DNA from: Planctomycetota bacterium
Lineage (GTDB): Bacteria; Planctomycetota; UBA8108; SXIK01
Assembly: GCA_965223845.1 (NCBI GenBank)
Contig: CBDCXR010000004.1
Span: 3,264,001 to 3,328,000 of the forward strand
DNA: 64,000 nucleotides
Reading direction: 5' to 3'
The number at the start of each line of letters is the position of its first letter. Position 1 is the stretch's first letter. The position numbers and the translations under genes are program-made. The notes beneath the pieces are model-generated. The model saw only the letters and a program-made list of their open reading frames with translations, was not told the origin of the DNA and searched no databases. Below, one piece after another: positions 40,400 to 48,562 of the stretch.

Positions 40400-40897
40400 T
40401 CAATACCGCGACATCTCCCGCCTCACCTCCCGATCCGCGTCCCTCGCCTTCATGCTCTGCCGTTTGTCGTGCTGACGCTTTCCCACGCAAACTCCGAGCT
40501 CGACCTTCGCGATCCCCCTCGCATTGAAGTAGATCCGGAGCGGAACGAGCGTGTGTCCTTTTTGATCGACCTTTCGGATCAGCTTTCGAATCTCGGCGCG
40601 GTGAAGGAGGAGCTTTCGCTTCCGCGTCGGTTCGTGACCGAAGTGGACGGCGTTCTTGTACTCCCCGATGTGGAGGCCGATCAGAAAGACCTCGGCGTCC
40701 ACGATCGTCGCGTAGCTGTCGGTGAGAATCACCCTTCCTTCGCGGATCGACTTCACTTCGGAACCGATGAGCGCGACGCCGCACTCGACCTTCTCGATCA
40801 CGTGGTAGTCGTGGAAGGCCTTCCGGTTCTTGAACTGAAGGGACGAGGAGGATTTCTCCTTCTTCCCGTCCTTTTTTCCCGCGCGGTTCTTTGCCAT
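40400..40897 (-). CDS. smpB: SsrA-binding protein SmpB
   Basis: NRKAFHDY; GSEVKSIR; RKRKLLLHR; GKRQHDKR. Confidence 0.98.
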   Translation of the reverse strand: MAKNRAGKKDGKKEKSSSSLQFKNRKAFHDYHVIEKVECGVALIGSEVKSIREGRVILTDSYATIVDAEVFLIGLHIGEYKNAVHFGHEPTRKRKLLLHRAEIRKLIRKVDQKGHTLVPLRIYFNARGIAKVELGVCVGKRQHDKRQSMKARDADREVRREMSRY

Positions 40898-40983
40898 GGC
40901 GTTCCTATTCTACCCGTGCTCGGTTCGACCGGACACCGCGCGGAGATCGGGGCGAGAGCCGCAAGCCTCGCGCTCGCGCGGGC

Positions 40984-41011
40984 TTGACACCGATCGGGCG
41001 CTGCGTACACT
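40984..41011 (+). promoter_or_regulatory. Sigma70-type promoter for tRNA-Leu
   Basis: TTGACA-N16-TACACT upstream of the tRNA. Confidence 0.65.
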
Positions 41012-41087
41012 CGCCTCTCGCTGAAGCGCGGTCGACGCCTCGCGGGCGTCGGCGACACGATCTTCCGACACGACATACCGACACCGG

Positions 41088-41175
41088 GCCGAGGTGGCGG
41101 AATTGGCAGACGCGCATGGTTCAGGTCCATGTGAGCTTTATGCTCATGAGGGTTCGAGTCCCTCCCTCGGCACCA
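41088..41175 (+). tRNA. tRNA-Leu (CAG)
   Basis: GCCGAGG/CCTCGGC acceptor stem; CATGG-TTCAGGT-CCATG anticodon arm; long variable arm; GTTCGAG T-loop; encoded CCA. Confidence 0.96.
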
Positions 41176-41207
41176 AACGGATCTTCCCCGGACGACTCGC
41201 CGCAGTT

Positions 41208-43010
41208 TTGGCCCTAGTCGCGGCGGCGGTGCTGAACGCCTCCGGGTGTCGGTCGACCGAGACGGCGGCCGAATCCGGGGCCACCCATCCGAACGTCGTT
41301 GTGATCCTCACGGACGACCAAGGCTGGGGCGACCTCGGCAGTCACGGCAATCCTCACCTCGATACGCCGCGCCTCGATGCGCTCGCGGCGACCGCGGTTC
41401 GCTTCGAACGCTTCTACGTCTCCCCCGTTTGCGCGCCCACGCGAGCATCACTCCTCACGGGACGCTACAGCCTCCGCACGGGAACCCACGGCGTCACCCG
41501 CGGCCGCGAGACCCTGCGCGCCGAGGAGATCACCATCGCCGAACGATTCCGCGCGGCCGGATACGCGACCGGCTGCTTCGGGAAGTGGCACAACGGCCGA
41601 CACGGCCCCTATCACCCGAACGCGCAAGGATTCGACGAGTTCTTCGGCTTCGCCGCCGGACACTGGAATCACTACTTCGATGCGCCGCTCGAGCGAAACG
41701 GCGAGCCCGTCGCGACGAGTGGCTACATCACGGACGTCCTCACCTCGGCCGCGATCGACTTCATCCGGGAGCACTGCGGATCACCGTTTTTCTGCTACGT
41801 GCCGCTCAATGCGCCACACTCGCCGTGGCGCGTCCCCGACGCGTACTTCGAGAAATACGCGCGCCGCGGTCTCGACCCGAAGACCGCCTGCGCTTACGCG
41901 ATGTGCGAGAACATCGACGACAACGTGGGACGAATTCTAGACGTTCTCGAAGAGCTCGACCTCGCCGGGAGCACGATCGTGCTCTACCTCACCGACAACG
42001 GTCCCAATAACGACCGTTACAACGGCGGCATGCGCGGCCGAAAGGGAAGTGTCCACGAAGGCGGCGTGCGGGTGCCGCTCTTACTCCGTGCCCCGGGACG
42101 CTTCCACTCCGGGCTCGCCGTGCGCGAGATCGCCGCGCACATCGACATCCTCCCGACGCTCGCCGAGCTCTGCGGCGTGCCGATCCAGGATGCGCACACG
42201 CTCGACGGCGCGAGCCTCGTGCCCCTCCTCGACGGCCACACCGCCGAATGGCCCGATCGCCTGCTCTTTACGACGAGGAGCCGAAACGGCGTCCCGCTCG
42301 CTCACGTCGGAGCGGTGCGCTCGCCCGAGTGGCGCGCGGTGCGGGCCGGGGCTGACCGGGGCTGGGAGCTCTACGACATGCGCAGCGATCCCGGGGAGCG
42401 GCGAGACCTCGCTCGACGGTACCCGAACGTAGCGCGGCGGCTGGCGGCGGCATTCGACGCCCACTTCGAGGAGGTGACGCCGGCGGACATCGCCCCACCG
42501 CCGATCCCCATCGGCTGGTCCGGAGACGCGCAGATCGAGCTCCCCGCGCACGAGGCGAACCTCGAGCCGCCCACAGGAGAAGGCGGCATCCGCTACCACG
42601 GACGCTTCGGCTTCGCACACGACTGGATCGACCGCTGGACGAGTACCGACGCGTACGCGTGGTGGGACATCGACGTCGAGACGCCCGGCGAGTATTCGCT
42701 CGGACTTCGCTACGCGCTCGCACCCGAAAACGTCGGCTGCCGGCTCCGCGTCGATGTCCCCGGCGATGCGCTCGAGCTCGACATCGGAGAACCGCACGCC
42801 CTCGTCGCCGCGTCCCTTCCCGATCGCGCGCCGCGGCGAACGATGATCCCCGAGACCTGGGCGCTCGGCGAGGTCGGAACGATCCAGCTACGAGCGGGAC
42901 GCCAACGACTCACGGTGAACACGCTGGAGATCAAGGGCCGCGAAAGCATCGCCCTCAAAGGGCTCGTGCTCACGCGCGTCGAAACAACGAGCGCGAACGT
43001 CGCGCGTTAG
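41208..43010 (+). CDS. Arylsulfatase (formylglycine type), probable lipoprotein, with C-terminal beta domain
   Basis: PNVVVILTDDQG; CAPTRASLLTG; GKWH; TDNG; GRKG..EGGVRVP. Start uncertain (TTG 41208). Confidence 0.9.
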   Translation: MALVAAAVLNASGCRSTETAAESGATHPNVVVILTDDQGWGDLGSHGNPHLDTPRLDALAATAVRFERFYVSPVCAPTRASLLTGRYSLRTGTHGVTRGRETLRAEEITIAERFRAAGYATGCFGKWHNGRHGPYHPNAQGFDEFFGFAAGHWNHYFDAPLERNGEPVATSGYITDVLTSAAIDFIREHCGSPFFCYVPLNAPHSPWRVPDAYFEKYARRGLDPKTACAYAMCENIDDNVGRILDVLEELDLAGSTIVLYLTDNGPNNDRYNGGMRGRKGSVHEGGVRVPLLLRAPGRFHSGLAVREIAAHIDILPTLAELCGVPIQDAHTLDGASLVPLLDGHTAEWPDRLLFTTRSRNGVPLAHVGAVRSPEWRAVRAGADRGWELYDMRSDPGERRDLARRYPNVARRLAAAFDAHFEEVTPADIAPPPIPIGWSGDAQIELPAHEANLEPPTGEGGIRYHGRFGFAHDWIDRWTSTDAYAWWDIDVETPGEYSLGLRYALAPENVGCRLRVDVPGDALELDIGEPHALVAASLPDRAPRRTMIPETWALGEVGTIQLRAGRQRLTVNTLEIKGRESIALKGLVLTRVETTSANVAR

Positions 43011-43028
43011 CGCGTTCCACTGCGCCGC

Positions 43029-43133
43029 TTTTCTCGTTCTCTCTCACTCTTCCCCTGCGTGACCTTCGTGCGCTTCGCGGTCGATCCTCTCCCGAGAACC
43101 TCACCACGCCAGGGCAGCACAAAGAGCTAAGGG
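43029..43133 (+). repeat. Degenerate copy of intergenic 9-bp-periodic repeat
   Basis: Pyrimidine tract + CTGCGTGACCTTCGTGCGCTTCGCGGTCGA, then a partial inverted copy CACCACGCCAGGGCAGCACAAAG; between convergent genes. Confidence 0.55.
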
Positions 43134-43141
43134 ATCACCCC

Positions 43142-43423
43142 TCACTCTCCACCACCGTCGTCTCGCAAGAGCTCGACCGGAGCACTGACCGGCAGAATCA
43201 CCGTGTCGAGGACCACCGTGAGCGGAAAGTCGACCACCCGGACGAGCGAGCCGAAGAACGGCGAGCTGTCGTCCTCGATGTACGCGTAGGAGCGCTTGGT
43301 CCCGCCGTACATCTCGAGCTTTTGGTCGGGATCGAGGACGTGCTCGAGGCTCATGCAGCCCGGCATCGCAATCGCGACGAGCGCGGCCGCGGCGAGTGAG
43401 AACAGTCGGGGAATTCGGTCCAT
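43142..43423 (-). CDS. YceK/YidQ-like small lipoprotein
   Basis: MPGC lipobox; YGGT; VDFPLTVVLDTVILPV. Confidence 0.8.
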   Translation of the reverse strand: MDRIPRLFSLAAAALVAIAMPGCMSLEHVLDPDQKLEMYGGTKRSYAYIEDDSSPFFGSLVRVVDFPLTVVLDTVILPVSAPVELLRDDGGGE

Positions 43424-43765
43424 CGTTTCTACGCGCTGATCGTTCCGGGGACGGGGATTCACGGCGACGGCATCGACGACGAGCGTCCGAGTGCACTCTT
43501 TTTCGGCACATTCGGCGGGCGCGCCGCACTCGAATCTCGATCGGGCCAGCCCGAAGCTCGGAGGAAGGGTCCCCGGGATGATAGAGGAAGCCCTTGCGAT
43601 TGCCACTCGGGCGGCGCCCTCGACCGCTCGGAGCACCCTCGAACCGCGGCGTCGAGGCCGTTCCCGCCCGAGTTGATGGCCCCCGAACTTACTGCTATTC
43701 TCGGAAGTTTGCTCCGACCGGCCGATCTGCGACGGGGGAGCTTCGAGAGACTTTCGGACGGGAGC

Positions 43766-44650
43766 ATGACGGACAACCAGGCGGCCCTCGCGAGCTTCGC
43801 CCCTCGCCACGAGTTCTTCGTGGGGATCGACTCGGACGGCTGCGTTTTCGACTCGATGGAGCTGAAGCACAAGGAGTGCTTCATTCCGGTCATCGTCCGT
43901 CACTACCGGCTTCAGGCCGCGTCGAAGTACGTCCGGGAAGTCTGTGAATTCATCAACCTCTACTCCGAGTGGCGCGGAACCAATCGGTTTCCCGGCCTCG
44001 TGATGCTGTTCGACCTCCTCGCCGAGCGCCCGGAGGTCGTTCGGCGCGGTATAGCGCCGCGGAAGCTCGAGAGTCTCCGCGCGTTTTGTGAGTCAGGTCG
44101 GCCGCTCGGGAACGCCTCGCTCGCCGATGCGATCGCGGAGTCGAACGACGACGAGCTCCGCGAAGCCCTCGCGTGGAGCGAGGAGGTGAATCGTGCGATC
44201 GACGCGACAGCCGTCGGCGTGCCACCCTTCCCGGCGGTCCACGACTCGTTCGACCGACTCGCGGAATTCGCCGATCTCATGTGCGTCTCGTCGACGCCGA
44301 CGGTGACCCTCGAGCGCGAGTGGAACGAACAGGATCTCGCGCGCTACGTGAGCCTCATCGCCGGGCAGGACATCGGTTCAAAGAAGGAGGTGCTCGCGAC
44401 CGCCGCGGGAGCCGGATACTCTCCGGGACGCCTCCTCATGATCGGGGACGCGCCGGGCGACCTCAAAGCCGCGAGAGCGAGCGGCGCGCTCTTTTTTCCG
44501 ATCGTTCCGGGCGAAGAAGAGGCATCGTGGGAGCGACTCCGCGACGAGGGGATCGATCGATTTCAACGCGAGACGTTTGCCGGTGACTATGAAACCGGTC
44601 TCGTCGACGCATTCCTCGCCAAGCTGCCGAGCGTACCGCCGTGGCGGTGA
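43766..44650 (+). CDS. HAD family hydrolase
   Basis: GIDSDGCVFDSM; VSS; LMIGDAPGDLKAA. Confidence 0.88.
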   Translation: MTDNQAALASFAPRHEFFVGIDSDGCVFDSMELKHKECFIPVIVRHYRLQAASKYVREVCEFINLYSEWRGTNRFPGLVMLFDLLAERPEVVRRGIAPRKLESLRAFCESGRPLGNASLADAIAESNDDELREALAWSEEVNRAIDATAVGVPPFPAVHDSFDRLAEFADLMCVSSTPTVTLEREWNEQDLARYVSLIAGQDIGSKKEVLATAAGAGYSPGRLLMIGDAPGDLKAARASGALFFPIVPGEEEASWERLRDEGIDRFQRETFAGDYETGLVDAFLAKLPSVPPWR

Positions 44651-44692
44651 TCGGCTCGCCGATCCGCGACTGAACTTCTAAAGGTATTCGAG

Positions 44693-46108
44693 ATGAGCAC
44701 TGCAGACTGCGACATCGGGCTCGTCGGCCTCGCCGTCATGGGCCAGAACCTCGTTCTCAATATGGAAGACCACGGCTATCGCGTTGCGGTGTTCAACCGT
44801 ACCGTGAGCAAGGTGGACGATTTCATCGGCGCAAACCCGGGGAAGAACCTCTTCGGGGCGAAGTCCATGGCGGAGCTCTGCGCGAGCCTCAAGCGGCCGC
44901 GCAAGGTGATGCTGATGGTGAAAGCGGGACCACCGGTCGATGATTTCATCGAGCTCGTCCTCCCCCACCTCGAGAAGGGCGACATCATCATCGACGGCGG
45001 AAACTCGCATTTCCCCGATACGATCCGGCGCACGAAGGATCTCGAGGCAAAGGGAATCCTGTTCCTAGGCACCGGCGTATCGGGCGGCGAGGAAGGCGCT
45101 CGCTTCGGCCCGAGCATCATGCCGGGCGGGAGCCCCGACGCATGGCCGCACCTCAAGGAGATCTTCCAGGCGATCGCAGCGAAGGTCGGGCCCGAGAACT
45201 CGCCGTGCTGCGACTGGGTCGGGAACGACGGCGCCGGGCACTACGTCAAGATGGTGCACAACGGCATCGAGTACGGCGACATGCAGCTGATTTGCGAGGC
45301 GTACTTCCTCATGAAGGAGTCGCTCGGGATGAGCGCTGAGGAGATGCACCACGTCTTCGCGAAATGGAACGAAGGCGAGCTCGACAGCTATCTCATCGAG
45401 ATCACGCGCGACATCCTCGCGCGAAAGGACGACGACGGCGAGCCGCTCGTCGAGAAAATCCTCGACACGGCCGGCCAGAAAGGGACGGGCCGCTGGACCT
45501 CGCAGTCGGCGCTCGATCTCGGCATCCCGGCGCCGACGATCGTCGAAGCCGTGCTGGCGCGCGCGATCTCCGCGCAGAAGGAAGATCGCGTAGCGGCGTC
45601 GAAGGTTCTCGGTGGTCCGTCCGCGGCGTTCGACGGCGACCGCGAGCGACTCCTCGCGGCAATTCACGACGCTCTCTACTGCTCGAAAATCTGCTCGTAC
45701 GCGCAGGGTCTCGCGCTCATCGGCGCAGCGGCCGAAGAGAACGGCTGGGAGATCGACTTCGGCAGCGTCGCGCTCATGTGGCGTGGCGGCTGCATTATCC
45801 GCGCGCGGTTCCTCGAGCGCATTCGCGACGCGTACGCGAAGAACCCGCAGCTCAAGAATCTCCTTCTCGATCCCTTCTTCAAGGACGTGATCGACCGCGG
45901 TCAGGAGCACTGGCGAGAGGTGGTGAGTCAGGCGGTTCGTCTCGGGATTCCGACGCCCGCGTTCAGCTCGGCGCTCGCCTACTACGACAGCTACCGGCGC
46001 GCGACGCTGCCGGCGAATCTGCTCCAGGCACAGCGGGACTATTTCGGCGCGCACACGTATCAGCGCGTCGATCGCGAGGGCACGTTCCACACCGAGTGGA
46101 TTCAATGA
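44693..46108 (+). CDS. gnd: 6-phosphogluconate dehydrogenase (NADP, decarboxylating)
   Basis: GLAVMG; DGGNS; GVSGGEEGA; KMVHNGIEYGDMQLI; AGQKGTG; QAQRDYFGAHT. Confidence 0.98.
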   Translation: MSTADCDIGLVGLAVMGQNLVLNMEDHGYRVAVFNRTVSKVDDFIGANPGKNLFGAKSMAELCASLKRPRKVMLMVKAGPPVDDFIELVLPHLEKGDIIIDGGNSHFPDTIRRTKDLEAKGILFLGTGVSGGEEGARFGPSIMPGGSPDAWPHLKEIFQAIAAKVGPENSPCCDWVGNDGAGHYVKMVHNGIEYGDMQLICEAYFLMKESLGMSAEEMHHVFAKWNEGELDSYLIEITRDILARKDDDGEPLVEKILDTAGQKGTGRWTSQSALDLGIPAPTIVEAVLARAISAQKEDRVAASKVLGGPSAAFDGDRERLLAAIHDALYCSKICSYAQGLALIGAAAEENGWEIDFGSVALMWRGGCIIRARFLERIRDAYAKNPQLKNLLLDPFFKDVIDRGQEHWREVVSQAVRLGIPTPAFSSALAYYDSYRRATLPANLLQAQRDYFGAHTYQRVDREGTFHTEWIQ

Positions 46109-46149
46109 ACCCGAACGAATCATCCGGGATTAGACGCGAGGATTGAGCC

Positions 46150-46995
46150 ATGTTTGTCTCCGGCATCGCCGACGAAGCCGCGCCCGAGCTCGGGCGCCAA
46201 CTCGCCGCTCACCGCGAGCTCGGCTGGAATTACATCGAGCTCCGCATGATCGAGGGGACGAATCTGACGGACGTGAGCGACGACGCCTTCGCAGGGATCG
46301 TCGACGCACTCGCCGAAGCGGACATGAAAGTGTCGTGCTTCGCGGCGCAGCTCGCGAACTGGGCGCGGCCGATCGACACCGACTTCAGCGTCGATCGCGA
46401 GGAGCTCGAGCGCGCCATCCCGCGCATGCAGAAGCTCGGGACTTCGTTCATCCGCTGCATGAGCTACCCAAATTCGACGCAGCCCCTCGCCGACGACGAG
46501 TGGCGCCGGCAGTGCGTCGCGCGGATGCAGGAGCTCGCGCGCATCGCCGAGGGCGGCGGCGTCACGCTCGTGCACGAGAACTGCGACGGTTGGGGTGGGA
46601 TCAGCCCCCAGCACACACTCGACCTTCTCGCCGACGTCGGCTCGGAGCATCTGAAGCTCGTCTTCGACACGGGGAACCCGATCCCCCACCACCAGGACGC
46701 GTGGGAGTACTACGAGAAGGTGCGCGACCACGTCGTCTACGTCCACATTAAGGACTATCAAGTCGAAGCGGACGGCAGCGAACGCGCGGTGTTTCCCGGC
46801 GAGGGAAAAGGGTACGTCCGGGAGATCATGAAGGACCTCCTCGCGCGCGGCTACGACGGCGGGTTTTCGATCGAGCCGCACATCACGAGTGTGATCCACC
46901 TCGGGCAGGAAGCGACGGATCCGGAGGCGGCGTACCGCACGTATGTGGAGTACGGGCGGCGGTTCTCGGCTCTTGTGGATGAGCTCACTGCTTAG
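46150..46995 (+). CDS. Sugar phosphate isomerase/epimerase (TIM barrel)
   Basis: SGIADEA; HENC; FDTGN; HIKD; SIEPH. Confidence 0.88.
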   Translation: MFVSGIADEAAPELGRQLAAHRELGWNYIELRMIEGTNLTDVSDDAFAGIVDALAEADMKVSCFAAQLANWARPIDTDFSVDREELERAIPRMQKLGTSFIRCMSYPNSTQPLADDEWRRQCVARMQELARIAEGGGVTLVHENCDGWGGISPQHTLDLLADVGSEHLKLVFDTGNPIPHHQDAWEYYEKVRDHVVYVHIKDYQVEADGSERAVFPGEGKGYVREIMKDLLARGYDGGFSIEPHITSVIHLGQEATDPEAAYRTYVEYGRRFSALVDELTA

Positions 46996-47046
46996 CTACT
47001 GCGCGCCCGGCACTTCGATGCGGCGGCTTGCTCGCTCGGAGAGAGA

Positions 47047-47198
47047 TTTCACCACGAAGGGCACGAAGGACACGAAGAGAAGAGACAGATAGGAGATAGG
47101 AGATCGCATGATTCGTTTCGAACATGCATCTACTCCAATCTCCGTTCCTCTCTCTTTCTATTTCTTACTTTCTTTCCTTCGTGCCCTTCGTGGTGAAA
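47047..47198. repeat. REP/MITE-like hairpin with perfect 24-bp terminal inverted repeats
   Basis: TTTCACCACGAAGGGCACGAAGGA (47047-47070) and its exact reverse complement (47175-47198); purine-rich and pyrimidine-rich inner arms. Confidence 0.85.
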
Positions 47199-47264
47199 AA
47201 AACTCTTCCGCAACCGCAACCGCATCCGCTTCCGAAAAGAGCCCGGAGCCTCATCGCCGCCCGT

Positions 47265-48275
47265 TCACCCCCGGTAGAAGATGAAGTAGTACGGAAACGC
47301 GATCACCTCCCGCAGCACGAAGAACCGCTCCCGCGCGAGCCGCACCGGCTGCGAGCCGTCGGTTCGGCTGAGTGACGACGAAGTCGGCACGGTGTGACAC
47401 CGCAGCCCTTCTCGCTCGAAGAGGAGCTTCACCCGCGCGCAGTGGAAGTACTGCGTCACGGCGAGCACGCCTCGGAAGCCCTCTCGCTCCGCGATCGCGC
47501 GACAGTTTCGCGCCGATGCGATCGTATTCACCCCGGATTCGTCCATGAAGATCGCGTCCGCCGGTACGTCGTGCGCGACGGCGTAGGACTTCATCACCGC
47601 CGGTTCGACGTTCCCGTACGTATCCGTGCCGCCCGTCATGATGAGCGCGTCGACGAGTCCGTCGCGATAGAGTCCGATCGCGATGTCGAGCCGGTCCCGG
47701 AGAGCCGAGGAGGGGGCTCCGTCCGCTCCCACCTTGGCCCCGAAAACGACGGCTGCATCCGCCGCGCAGCGGAAGTCCGTATTCCCGAAGGAAACGATGT
47801 GGGTGAGCGTGACGAGAAAAAACGCGAGGCACGCCGCCCCGGCCGAGACGAAGAGTCGCGCCGGCGGTGGAAGGCGCGGCGGGTGCGCCGTCCACCACCA
47901 CATGCGGGCCGACTCCGCAACGAGAACGACGAGGACGAGCCCGCTCAGCGGAATCGGAAAATCCGACCAGAATCGTCCGAGCTCGATTCCGCGGTAAAAG
48001 CCGACGGCTGAGGCGGCGACGAGCACGCTGAAGCCACTGAAGATTCCACACAGAAGCCAGCGCGCGACCGGAGAGCCCCCGGCTCGATGCGGGACGAGCA
48101 GCGCGAGCCCCAGCACGCCCGCGAAGACGGACTGAAGCGGCTCGCTGAGGTGAACATTGAGCCAGATTTCCGTCGTCGCCTTCGCCGGATTGTCGAGAGC
48201 GATCGCGAGGTTGATCAGAATGAAGGCGCCGAGCGCGACCCCGAACGGGCGGCCAAACAGCGAGATGAAGCGCAT
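47265..48275 (-). CDS. YdcF/SanA/ElyC (DUF218) family membrane protein
   Basis: N-terminal TMs; AAVVFGA; LRDRLD; IMTGG; GVNT; VTQYFHCAR; LRE. Confidence 0.85.
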   Translation of the reverse strand: MRFISLFGRPFGVALGAFILINLAIALDNPAKATTEIWLNVHLSEPLQSVFAGVLGLALLVPHRAGGSPVARWLLCGIFSGFSVLVAASAVGFYRGIELGRFWSDFPIPLSGLVLVVLVAESARMWWWTAHPPRLPPPARLFVSAGAACLAFFLVTLTHIVSFGNTDFRCAADAAVVFGAKVGADGAPSSALRDRLDIAIGLYRDGLVDALIMTGGTDTYGNVEPAVMKSYAVAHDVPADAIFMDESGVNTIASARNCRAIAEREGFRGVLAVTQYFHCARVKLLFEREGLRCHTVPTSSSLSRTDGSQPVRLARERFFVLREVIAFPYYFIFYRG

Positions 48276-48562
48276 CGGAAGAGCCAGTCGGTCGAAACGA
48301 AGTTCTCTGCCTGGCCGACCGCTGGTTCGGACAGGACCGAAACGAACCGGGTGATCATTCGTGGATCGCCCCCGCGTTCCGATATCGGACCGAACCGGTT
48401 CGTCCCTGAAGCCTCAGCTCCCGATCCCGCGGCGGAAACGATCGGCGACGGTCCCGGCTCGGCGATCGCCCGCAATGTTCGTCCAGGCGTTGCCTCAGGG
48501 AAAAACCTTGAAACCGTTCCCGGACGCGCGGGATTCTCAGGGTGGAAGGAGTGAGAGAGACC

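Noticed and set aside
40200-41090. tmRNA (ssrA) next to smpB
   Set aside because: No tRNA-Ala-like ends or tag reading frame recognised.
41094-41207. MAELADAHG.. N-terminal extension of the sulfatase
   Set aside because: It is the translation of tRNA-Leu, a common annotation artefact.
47047-47198. CRISPR array
   Set aside because: Repeats are inverted or 9-bp tandem units, without unique spacers, and no cas genes are present.
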